From positions 6,561,220 through 6,625,219 of the forward strand of contig MU054323.1 of NCBI GenBank assembly GCA_013239625.1: a stretch of DNA of 64,000 nt, read 5' to 3'. Shown here piece by piece: positions 26,241 to 37,889 of the stretch; the stretch's first letter is position 1; each line of letters begins with the position of its first letter. The translations under genes were made by a program, and so were the position numbers. This stretch comes from Lama guanicoe (taxonomy: Eukaryota). The notes beneath the pieces were generated by a model, which was not told where the DNA came from, searched no databases, and saw only the letters and a program-made list of their open reading frames with translations.

Positions 26241-28769
26241 AGTTATCATCAAAATAAATAATTTTTATTAAAACACATACACTTTTTCTAAAATGAACAT
26301 GCATTAGTGAAGAAAATGAACTAGAAAACAAAACAGCTGCTTAAGTAAAAACAACTTAAATGTCTGCCATCAGGTTTTAGATCCCTAAATGTCTACCATA
26401 ACCACCGCTGAATAGTTTCACAAATAAATAAATCATTCAGTGTCCTGTTATAGCTGTGAAATTAATTTTTAAGTAAATCTCTCAAAATAATACTATTACA
26501 TTTGCAAATGAAATATGCTGCCCTCCTAGTGTTGTAAAAATACATTATTTCTTGATGTATTCACTGTCCTATTTCTGCTCAGTTTCCTGCCCCCCACCCC
26601 TACTTCCTCTCTGGTTTAAGACCAGTTCAGTTCCTCCTTCTCAAGAATACCCAACAGGATGGCAACATTAGTCCCTATGCTCTGTAGTTAGAGGATGGTA
26701 CAAAGTCAAAAATGAACTTAAGTGAAAAATACAGCATTTATGATGCATCTTCATCTTTAGAACTATTCATTTCCAGACTTAATCCTAAACATTCTTATTT
26801 TTCTACTTCACACTTAGAATCCTGCCTTTAAAAATTAGCACACCAAAAAAGTCTGCCTTTTTTTAGCCTTTCTTCATAAACAGTTATTCCACAAATTTTT
26901 CCATAAATAGAGTACGGAAAAGATCAAAATACAAAAAAAAGAAAGAAAGAAAGAAAGAAAAACAAGCAAATGTACTGCTGGGTGGTAATAATCACATTTA
27001 GTAATGTAATCAATTTATTCTGAATCTTTTCTGGAACTAGTTAATATAAATGCTTTACAAGTAAATATAGCTATAAAAAAGCTAGTTACTTATCAGTGGA
27101 ATAATATGTACTTTCATTTACTTAACAAATACTTACTGAATGCCCAAATAATTTTTTTTTCCTGAACCAGGACGAATGTACCAGGTGAGGGCACAGGTGC
27201 TGAAGTTAGAAGGATCTTGGTTTGAAACCTGGCTCAAAGACCTAGAGTAATCAGTTAACCTCCTGGTTAACATTTCACTTAACTATTTGACGGGAGGAAA
27301 AGAACTACTCAAAGGGTCTCTGTGAACTTTAAATGATTATGTAACTAACACAGAACAGGGCCTGGCATGCAGTAAGTGCTCAATAAATGACAACCATGGT
27401 AAATATATTTTAACACTGAGGAGAGTAGTTCAAGGAGATAGCCAATAAATGTTCTTTTTGTCTTTTGTGAAACTGTACTAAAGACACAATAAAATAAAAA
27501 TATTAAGGTTATGTAAGAAATTTTCCACTTTTTAAAAAATAGACATGCTAATTATATAGAGTGAAAAAACTAAAAAATAAAGATGAGGAAGAAAGAAAGA
27601 TGGATAAAGAAGATCTTGAAAGCTGCTGAATCTGGGTGATGGATGTACAGAGGTTCCTTTTACTATTCTGATTTTGTGAAAATACAAAATTTTTTAAAAC
27701 TCTAATTCCAATCCCAGAACATGCCTAACACATTCCCTCATATTCAGGAGAGACCAGAATTTTAATCTTGAGATATGTTGAACTAACATTAGTACCTCCC
27801 TGCTCAACAATTCAGTCCAGGTCAAGTTTTCTCAGGCAATTCTAACTTTCATTATAAAGGTGAGCAAAGGGAATAAATAATATGCATTAAAGGATAAAAA
27901 ATGCAAGCTTTTCTGCTGCTCATACTATGTCAAAACAGCAGCCATGCATATTTTTTCCATGTCCTTCAAAAACACAAAATTCTGTTTGTTCTGAAATTAA
28001 GCTTTTAAAAACAACTTCCATTTTACACTTCTAAAATTACAACAGATATATGTCAATCATATCTCAATAAAGCTGGGAGAAAAAAGAAATTACAAGGGAA
28101 TTGTAGGCACCGCCAAAGAAACCTAGTACATCAGTTTGCTATTATCTTTAAATTTTGAGGGGCGTCATTAATTTATGTAAAGGTTTTACGTGATGTTACT
28201 AGATTGCAGTTAGGTTTTATCACTGATTAACAATACAGCAAACAAGCACAGGGAGAGAGGCAATTAATTTTCTTAAGAGGCTTAAGAAGCTTAACCTACA
28301 GTCTATGTTACCTAAATTAAGCTGACTAGAACACCACAAAATTTCAAGGCACACCTCGCCTATCACTGGGTAAGCAAATAAATACTAATAAAAACAAACT
28401 AAAGCATTTAGTAAAGCAATCATTTTTGTGTTAACCTTAATTCCTATCACAAAGTGGTTGGCTCTATGAAAAATACTCCTAATTCCTAATTAATACAAGT
28501 CTCAAATGAAGCATACTTGCCATCAGTAATCATTCAACGATAAAGCGCATGTATAATAAATCCAAATACAGCAGCTTTTTATAGAATGGAAAACCATCTG
28601 CAGTTTCAGCCTCGGTTTATCCATTCACTATAAACATTCAGGCGTCTTTTAAAAAAATAAGCAATAAACTTTACTGTGGTCCAAGAGATTATATCTCTCC
28701 ATGCTTCCTGTACACCCTGCAAGTCAATAACGCTAAAGTCAAATTGTAACACTTCCCAACTTTGGTTTA

Positions 28770-29960
28770 ACCCCAGCGTTGGACGCCGAGCATCCGCCCA
28801 CTGGCCTCTCGTGACTCGGGCTACTTTGACGCACCGGGATGCGGCTCACCTGACATTCAGCACCAACCATTACCAAGACGGAAAACCAACTCTGCGAAAA
28901 TAAAATGGGGCCCCGGAGAAACGTGCGGGTGCCCCTCAGGACTCTCTAATGCCCGCACCCCGAAAGCGAGGGGGCCTCCCCGCTCCCGGCCCACGGCGGC
29001 ATCCGCACCTGCCAGAAGAGGCTGCGGCCGGGGGCCAGGGCTGGGCCGCCGGGAAAAGACAGCCCAGCCCCGGCCCCCAGACGTCCGCCCTGGACCCGCC
29101 GCGGAGGCAGGAACCCAGGGCCAGAGGTTTCCGCCCGGCGCCGCCAAGCCCGCCAGGGGCCTAGCTCGGGGGCCGCCGGGGCTCCCGAGGGCCCGTCCGT
29201 GTCGTGCCGGGCGCGCAGCCGCCTCCCAGCCCGGCCCGCGAGCCTCCCGCGGCGGACGCGGCGGCGCCCGCACCTGCCCCGCACCCTGCGGCAGCCCCGG
29301 CGAGAGGGTTCACCCACCTGGCGCGCCCGCCGCGCGTCCCGCACGTCACAGCGCGACCCCGCGCCCCTCGGCACCCGCGACGCGGGCGCGGGCGGACGCC
29401 GGGAGATCCTGCTCGGCAGCCGCCGCCGCTCCCGCTCCGTCGCCTGGCCGTCGTCAGCGAACCTGTTGCGCAGCCTGTCACGGCCGCTCGGGCTCCGCGG
29501 CGCCGCCTCAGCCCTGCAACAACATGGCGGCCGCGGCCTCCGCAGGAAGCCGGGGGGCGGGGAGGGAGGCGACGGGCCGGGCAGCTGACGGCCCGCCCGC
29601 TGCCGGGCACCGACACCCCCACCCTCGGGAACCCGAAACTAGCCGGAGCGCGGCTCCTCACCCCTCGGTACCAGACCCCGCGGGCCTGGTCCTAGGGCTC
29701 CAGTCGCCCCTCGGGGAAGCCCCGGACTCGGCAGCCCTTCCTGGAGGGGCGCCCACCAACCTGGCTCCTCCCCGAGATGCCAGGTTGACGTTCGGTGGTG
29801 CGTTTCCTGCCACTGCAGACCCCACGGTTTTTGGAAACGGACCACGCAGTGTCCGGCTCGTCCCTGCTGCACCCCACGTGGGGTTCTCTCTGGAGCCTTC
29901 GCACTCACTAAGGTTTCTTCGTCGACCTGGGAGCACGGTTCCCCGGGAACGGGAGTGAGG
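28770..29960. promoter_or_regulatory. ITSN2: CpG island / ITSN2 promoter
   Basis: Abrupt GC- and CpG-rich segment in AT-rich DNA. Motifs: YY1-like CAACATGGCGGC (29520-29531), ETS-like CAGGAAG (29543-29549), GC box GGGGCGGGG (29554-29562), CRE/E-box-like CACGTCAC (29342-29349). Confidence 0.92.
29318..29540 (-). other. ITSN2: Probable non-coding exon 1 of ITSN2; the TSS position is approximate
   Basis: CAG|gtgggt donor at 29318/29317 inside the only CpG island upstream of exon 2; YY1, ETS and GC-box motifs at 29519-29570. Confidence 0.65.
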
Positions 29961-32149
29961 CGCGAGGAGGTCATTCCCACCCTGCTCAGGGGTCTGTTAC
30001 AGGCCTTTCACCAGCCCCAGGTACCCCAGAAGGACTCACCATACCCAGGTACCCCAGAAGGCTCACCATACCCAACAGTCATCCATTCAGCGCTCCTCAC
30101 CCTCCTCCATAACACAGGAGAAAAGTCGAGAAAAGTGCAACCCCCCCATCTACACGCAGAGCAACTACCCCATAAACTCTGGCCAAGCAGTGAGATAGTC
30201 ATCTCTCCTTGAACTCCACTACCTCAGGCTTGCAAATGCTAAACATTCTTCTCCATCTGATAGCTGCCTGACAGGTGAAGCTCAAATTCAGTATCTTTTT
30301 TTTTTCTCCCCTTTCAGCTCCTGGTTTCCTCACAAAAGACCAGATTTTAACTCAAGTCACCACCATTTATGGTGGGCTTGGGCTTGACACAGCACTCCTT
30401 CAAGAGAACAGCTTTTGTTAGCTGGGCTTAGGGGAATAGTCAGTGGTTCCTATGGGCGTAACAAAGTGGGACCCAAGACCCAAGATTTCTGTTAGCTTTT
30501 AGAGGCAGCATAGGGCTGTATGTACGAAACTCATATCCCCATGACTTATGTTGGTAAAGGAGAAATCTGTGCAGATCAACTGACCCCATGGCTTCCTCTT
30601 TACCTGTTGGGGCACGTGAAGGTGACAAGGCTGGCTTGAGAGGGATGCTTCCAAAGCCCAGGCCTATACGAACTAGCCAGCCAACTCATGTGAGAAACTT
30701 CGCAAACATCAGTGATGATAAACAGGCTTTTCCTGCTCTCACACTCAATGTTTTTCCTAACTCTTCGATTAGGACCTAAGCAGGACCTGACAGACAGGTC
30801 CTGGGCTTCAGTGACACAGAGAGACCTGACTCCTTTGCATTAGCCTAGGGAGTCCCTTATCTACTAGAGACCAGTCAGTCTATCCCTTATCTACTGGGGA
30901 CCAGTTAATCTGCAGACCAACCACCCAAGCTAGAGGCAGCTCTCTTGAGCACACGGTCTCATTCCCATGACAGACATCACCAGTTAATCGCGGTGCCCAT
31001 ACTTAAGTCCAAGCCTCTGAATCCTTCTCAACATAGTGCTCCAGAGAGTTGGCCTATAAGATGAAACCTATTTTTTTATTCCTGATAGGCGGATTGGCAT
31101 TTCCTTACCATGATTTGATCAATGTCATTTGTGTTTCTGGATTCTGGACCTGATACAATTCACCCTGAGTCCTCTTTTTTTTCTGAAGGAGGTGCCAAAT
31201 CCTTGGCAGGACAAAAATGAACTTTCTAGAAAGGAATGGTTATTAAGAAATGAGAAACATTTTTAAAGTCTCCCTAAAATAAACCAACAAGCTAAGAACC
31301 TCTGATAGAAATTGGGGTCCTGTGTGTATACAGCTGGGAGCCTTTAGTACCCTGAACACAAAACAGTTATAATCCCAGGGTTCCATTCAGAACTTTGAGG
31401 CCAGTTTGTCCATCCTATCCTACTCTTTGAGCGTTCATGATTCATTCATATAAGTGTTACCTCCACCATCCCAGTGCTTTGACTTCCTCTTCTCTTCACA
31501 GGGCACGACTTGGAACTATCTGTAACTTCTCTCCTTAGTATTTCACAAATCCCACCACCTCTTATTCACCTCCAGCACCAACTGCAGATCAGAAGCCTGG
31601 AGGAACTAAGTGCTACCTAAGACATGTAGACATAACTGTCAAGTCTAAAGAAGATTCGGAATTATAGTAAGGTAAGAAGGTTGGGGACTAGGTATGCTAC
31701 ATTTTTCTTCCCCAAATTCTGCCACAATTTAAAATGGATTCCAGGGCTGTTCCTGGTAGCCTAGTGTTTACCGCAGGAGTATTTAATCTCAACCTGTTTG
31801 CCTTCCCTGCACTGATCCTCCGTCTGAACCATATGTATCTTATGTTCTATCTATCCCCGTTTCTGTTAGTTTTGCAAAGATGCCATCCTTTACCCCATTC
31901 CTACCCAGTCTACCCCCCTAACAAATTCATAGTAATGGAAAGAAGCTAGAATAGAGAACAGAAGCAATTATAGACTTCACATATCCCATAAGATAAATAT
32001 AGAGTAGGAGGGCTGTGAGAACTTGGAGCTCATACATAATACCTTCACTGATAATAAATCGCCCAAGACAATGCTATAAACAAGTAATTTATAAAGAAGT
32101 TAAAAGAAAAGGAGCAAAAAATAGTTCAAAAAATATACTCAGATATTAA

Positions 32150-32725
32150 TCATTTTTGGTGTGCTTCATTATTTCCTGATGATCCAAGGTTCCATCTGGT
32201 AATATTTCCCTTCAACCTGAAGAACTTTCTTTACTGTTTCTTAGAGTCCAGGTCCATTGGCTACAAACCCTCTTAGTTTTATCCGAAAATATTATTTTGC
32301 TTTCATACTTGAATGATATTTATCCACTGAGTATAAAGTTCTGGATTGACAGAGTTTTTGTTTTGTTTTGTTTCAGCATTTTAGAGAGGTTTTTCCATTC
32401 TCCCTGGCCTCCATGGTTTTAGAAGAAAGTTGGCTGTTGATCAGATCATTTTTTCCCCTCCGTATGTCATTTTCTCTTGCTGCTTTTAAAAGTTTCTCTT
32501 TGTCTTCAATAATTTGACTCTGATATGCATCAGCATGGACTTCTTTATGTTTATTCTGCTTGGTGTTCATTTATAATCTTGTATCTGCAAATTTCTGTCT
32601 TTCATCAAATTAAGAAAAATCTTAGCCATTATTTCTTTAAATGCTTTTTTTTCCCCTGCCCCATTCTCTCTCTCATCTCCTTTGTGCATTTCAATTACGT
32701 GCATATTTGACTGTTTGATATTATC
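32150..32725 (-). mobile_element. Old L1 ORF1 fragment
   Basis: Minus-strand peptide DKEKLLKAARE...SSKTMEAR resembles L1 ORF1p. Confidence 0.75.
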
Positions 32726-33261
32726 TGGGGTTCATATTAGATGTGCTCTACCTGTGGAGCAGTATTCCACTACTGAACACTGGAAAAACTGGCTGTACCC
32801 CCCTAATCCTCAGGACATCTGGAGATAGTAGTAGTGAGTAGTGGGAATCTAAAGCTGCACCCCCTTTACCTTCTATCTTTGGTAGGAGTTAATCTGCCTC
32901 TACTGTTAGCAACAGTGCTTTCTAGCCAGGAAAATAACACAAATTCATAGTCTTTCCATACCACAGCTAAACACACACACACACACACACTCTTACTGTC
33001 ACATTGATTCTAACCCTTCTAAGAAATAGAAGGGAAGTAAGGTTTTTCCCTTTTTTAGCTTGCTTTTCCTCTGAAAACTCACATGAAAGAATAGATGTGC
33101 TGACAGTGATCCTTCGTACATAAAGAACTAAAGTCAAAGTTAATCTGGGAAACCAAGCTGAGGCTGCCCTAGTTTCTGAATATAAGAACAGATGAAAAGC
33201 AGGCCAGGGGATAGGGGAAGTTAGAGCCCCGGAAAATGCCCCAGGCTTCACTTGACACATA

Positions 33262-33720
33262 CAGGCAGACTTCACTTTAATTGTGCTTCACAGATACTGC
33301 ATTTTTTACAAATTCAAGGTTTGTGGCAACCCTGCATCAAACAAGTCTATCGGTGCTATTTTTTCTAACATATTTGCTACCTTTGTGTCTCTGTGTCACA
33401 TTTTGTTAATTCTCACAATATTTTGAACTTTTTCATTATTATTATATTTGTTGTGGTGATCTGTGATCGGTGATCTCTGATGTTAATACTATGACTTGCT
33501 GAAGACTCAGATGATGGTTAGAATTTTAAACAATGAAGTATTTTTTAGTTAGGTATGTGCATTTTTTAACACATAAAGCTATTGTACACTTAATAGACTA
33601 CAGTGTAGTGTAAACATAACTTTTATATGCACTAGGAAACAAAAAAACTCAAGTTATTCTGGTATTTGCTTTACTGCGGTGGTCTGGAACCAAACCCACA
33701 AAATCTCTAAGGTATGCCTA
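33262..33720 (+). mobile_element. Internally deleted Tigger1 DNA transposon
   Basis: TA-flanked, degenerate TIRs CAGGCAGACTTC...GGTATGCCTA; Tigger1 motif tacaaattcaaggtttgtggcaaccctgcatc. Confidence 0.9.
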
Positions 33721-33894
33721 TATTTGCTGATTCATGAAGCTGACATTCGTGTTCATTTGGTAAATAGTTATTAAGAACCTTTTGTGTTGCAGCTCCTAGA
33801 AACAAGGAATTAGCAAGGAAGTAGCACTAGTGGGGAGCTGCTGAGACTCAATTTAGAGGAATGGTCAATGAGACAAATTTGTTCTTTGCTCTTA

Positions 33895-34400
33895 TCTTAG
33901 CCTCTTGACCTCCCAGATCCTAATCTGGAGCCCTGGAGCAGATGAGACACAGAAGAAGTGGAAACAGAAGTGACTTTAATGGAAAGAGGAGGGAAGGGGA
34001 ATTCCCTGGTATGAGGAAAAGAATGTTCCCAACTTGAGCCACTTGTGCTGTGCAAAACTTGAGATTCTGGCTTAAGGCCTGGTGGTACCGGAAAGGCGGT
34101 ACCGGGCAACTAGAGGGGGAAGCTAGCCCAGGCTTGGCCCGGGGCCAGTACTGCAGGGTAGGGCCAAAGGCCCAGACTGGGGCGAGGCCATGGAAGCCCT
34201 GGACAGGACATGCCCTTTCATGACTGAAGCACCAGGGGCTTCCAGTCTGGCAGGTATAGCTCAGCGGAAGGGAATCCGGCCTGTATTCAAGAGTCAGGCG
34301 TGCTTCCTGTCTGGCAGATTGGCCCAGCTGCCTGTTTAGTTCATTGTTGCTGTCTCCAGCACAAACCTGGAGTGGTACCAGTTTCCTTCTTGTAATAACC
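33895..34400 (-). mobile_element. Probable LTR, family not recognised
   Basis: About 500-bp GC-richer block with LTR-like organisation (minus-strand ATTAAA near 33975). Confidence 0.4.
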
Positions 34401-36339
34401 TAACTAATATTTATGTGGCATTTGCACTTGACAGAGTAATTTTATTTCACTTAATCCTCACAGCAATCCTAGGAAGCAGGGTAAAGTTCTGTTTGTGGTC
34501 ATCTAACCTTGGTTGGTATGAAGAAAAAAGAGGTAAAATGAGGGGTCAGCCTTGTGCTGGGAATTTTCCCATGCTGAGTTGTGGTGCTTTTCTTTTCCCC
34601 TTTTAAATAGAGAAACACAGGCCATGCTATTCTGGGTTCAGAAAGCAACAATGTTTTAGTTTAAAATATACAATGGATCAGATCATTTTGTACTGCTTGG
34701 TCCAGTCTAGCGGGACAAACATTTTTATTTCTATTATTACCATTTTTTTCTCCCTAAGTAAGATATCTTGAACCAATGAAATACAAGAAAAGATAACTAC
34801 CGCCACCCTAGCCTCTACACCCACTCCCAGCAGAGAGAGGAGTGGCCGTCCTTGCTCTGGTGCCAGAGCACTGTAGGAGGATAAGCCAATGGGAAGCCAC
34901 AGTTTGCTTGTTTAAGTGATAGGCTTGAAACTTGCCCTATCTGACTTCCCTCAAGAATGAGATGAACATCTGAAAAATAGAGTAATGAAATCGCTGCTCA
35001 AAATGAGGTCAGCGACCTTAAGTCGGTTGCCATCCCCATCCACCCTAGGGAGGAATGACCAGACCAGGAGAATTTTCTCCCTTGGACCTCAGACGGAGAT
35101 TAGGATGGGGTGCTGGTGCTATTTGCCATTTTTAACTTTTATGTTGCACATACCCAATAAATAGACCTTTTCCCTGTTTCCTAGGATCTATAGTTTAAAA
35201 GTGCTTAATTCAGTAGAACCACGTAGGAGTGCAAGCAAGAATAAAAATAGACTGCTTGCAAATTAGTTTAACCTCAGAAGCCACTCCTCAACAGGTGGAT
35301 ATTTTTGGCTTTTTTAGTAAGTGAAAAATGTGAGTGTCGGAAAAACTGCAGCCCTTGAACAAAACCATTCAGCCATAAGTGCTAAGAATGGCTAATACCC
35401 AGTTCTGTTAATATTTAACAATCACCACCACCATTGTTTGCTGAGTGTGCCAGGCACTCATATAAATACAATCTCCAATCCTTAAGATAACAGTATATGG
35501 CAGGTATTATAAACCTCGTTTCACAGGCGAAGAAACTGAAGTTTAGAGAAACTGGATCATTTTGCCAGTCACATGTTTAGGAAGTGGAAGAGCTAGAATT
35601 TGACTCCTGATTTTTATGACTCTCAAGTCTATGTTCTTTGTTCTCACTATATTATACCATCAATAATTTCTCTGGTTTTGCATTAAATGTGCATAAGTAA
35701 GAACTTCCAAAATGGAAGAACTCTTACCTGAAATATGAAGATATGAATAGTAGGTCAAGTTTCACTTTACAGTCAGAAACACTGTGTGAGGAGGCTCTTG
35801 GAGCTTGGAATTCCTCCCTCTGCATCCAGGGTGCATGGCCTTAAAGATGTACACCCCCTGTCTGGCCAGTGTGAGCCACAATAACTAATTAAATAGATAT
35901 CTTGCCATTCATGACCACCCACACTGACCACGTTACTTTAGTAAGGTCGCATTACTCAAAATACTTAGAAAAGCTCCATTACATTCCAAATAGGCAGTTT
36001 ACAGAAAATGAAATCTTAATGTCTGTCTGGTTTTCAATTCTGTGAAATGATCTTATCTGATTACGAACCACTTTTTTTCTTCTTTATTGAGGAATAATTT
36101 GCAGGTGGTAAAATACACACTTCATCAATTTGCCAGCTCCCGGATTTTATATCAGTAAAGCCATACAGTAGGTACCCATCTGTGCCTGGCTTCTTTGGTC
36201 CAATGTTGTAGACAATCTATTTTGAAGCAACAGAATTTTTACCACACTTTGAAATGGTATTTACTCATTTGTAGGAAGAGGGATTTAAAAAGATTTCAGA
36301 CTAAGTCATTTTTAAGAGATTGCCTGTTATCTCATTTTC

Positions 36340-36845
36340 ATTAAGGAGCTTAAGCAGGAAAAAAAAAAAAGAGTAGTAGTCTATAGAAAGTTATTGGAGA
36401 GCTCCCGTGATACCTGGGCAGGAAGGAAGCCAGCAAATGGAACCAGGGACCAGACACTGTCCAAGCAATCTGTCTCATCTCTGCCCTTGTGCTTCCTCTT
36501 TTTTTCTGCCTGTGGACTTGCTTCCCACCCTTCTCCAGTCTCCCATACGGGTGGAAGATGGCCTCACCTCATCCCCACCCCACTCCTACCTCCATAGTCT
36601 AAGTCTAGTCACTTAAAGAAAGGTTGACTCCTTTAGGTTCTAATTCCAGATTTCTTGTGTTGAGACTCTTGATTGGTCCAGCTTGGCTCAGGTGCCCACT
36701 CCTGGTCCAATCCACTGCAGTCAGGATGGTGAGATCAAGCTGTTAAACAAGTCTGACTTGGCTCCATGCTTGTGCTTTGGGCTTGTAGTGTCTGGAGGCC
36801 AAGGGGAAAGGAGGAGCAATAGGAATAGACAGATACCATGAAATA
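36340..36845 (-). mobile_element. MaLR (MLT1-type) LTR
   Basis: tgattggtccagcttggctcaggtgcccactcctggtccaatc. Confidence 0.7.
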
Positions 36846-37840
36846 CGTCTCTTAAAATATTTTTGTCAGGCAGACATATTGGTACTGATGGCTGTTTTTT
36901 AAATGAAAGAAAAATAAATATTAAAATCTCTTTTCAGTATGTTATTATCTTTGAGGCTCTGGTTACAACGGCTTGATATATTTTAGTTCACTCAGGTGAT
37001 CAAGGAGAATCTAGGTGATATCAAAGGGTTTTGTGTTGTGCTTTGATTTTTTTCATTTGAGAGAAGGGAGAGTATTACATCTCTAATGTTCTCTTCCTAA
37101 GTTAAATATTCTTTCCTGGAACAGTGGCAGTGGCATTGTTAGAAGACTAAAACAAAAATAGAAAATTCTACTTTCAAACCAAGAAATAATTCTGGTTAAA
37201 ATTATGGTAACTTCTTAGGAATTTATAAAAAAACTTTCCTGAAGTTTGTGTCTTTCAAGTTTAGCCTTGCTTTTAATTTGATGCAGTGTGTAGTCTGAAT
37301 TGATTTGTTTTTGTAGTTTATGTAGTAAGCCTTGGGGCAGGGACAGGTTTTGACACGTAGTTTGATAGTTAGAGAATAATAATTAATAGTTAGGTTTTGG
37401 GTGTTTGGCACAAAACCCCAACTCTAAGTATAATTAACTTTAAGAGCTATTTTGGTGTATGATGAAAGTGAGATGTGAAAACTTTTCATGGCTTCTAAGG
37501 AGTCAGGAGTACATTCAGTGGCTGAAACATGTTGAAATTTAGAATACATAGATGTAATTCCCTGATGAATGTGAATGTTAGGTGGTTTTAATGGTAAAGG
37601 TTCTAAAAACATTTATACTAGAATTAGTATCACCAAAGTTGGATTAGGAGTTTAGAGGCTCTAAATCCCTGTGTGAAATTTAAAAAACCAAACAAACCAA
37701 AAACCCAAAAAGCCCCTAACATACTGACGTTTAAGCATCAAGAAGTCCAATAAGTTCTCTGATTTGTTTGTAGTTTTCATGATGACTGTTTCATTGCTTT
37801 TTTTGAACTCTCAAATACTAAAGTATTTCCAAATAGAGGG

Positions 37841-37841
37841 G

Positions 37842-37888
<47 letters not shown>

Positions 37889-37889
37889 G
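37841..37889. repeat. (TG)n microsatellite
   Basis: Directly visible dinucleotide run. Confidence 0.98.

Noticed and set aside
26517..26536. CTCF-like motif (minus strand ACACTAGGAGGGCAGCA)
   Set aside because: An extra base in the core and a mismatch at the CC position make it a weak match
28857..29980. Many overlapping 70-166 aa ORFs in the CpG island
   Set aside because: Low-complexity Arg/Gly/Pro/Ala peptides expected from stop-poor GC-rich DNA; mostly non-ATG starts; no recognisable domain
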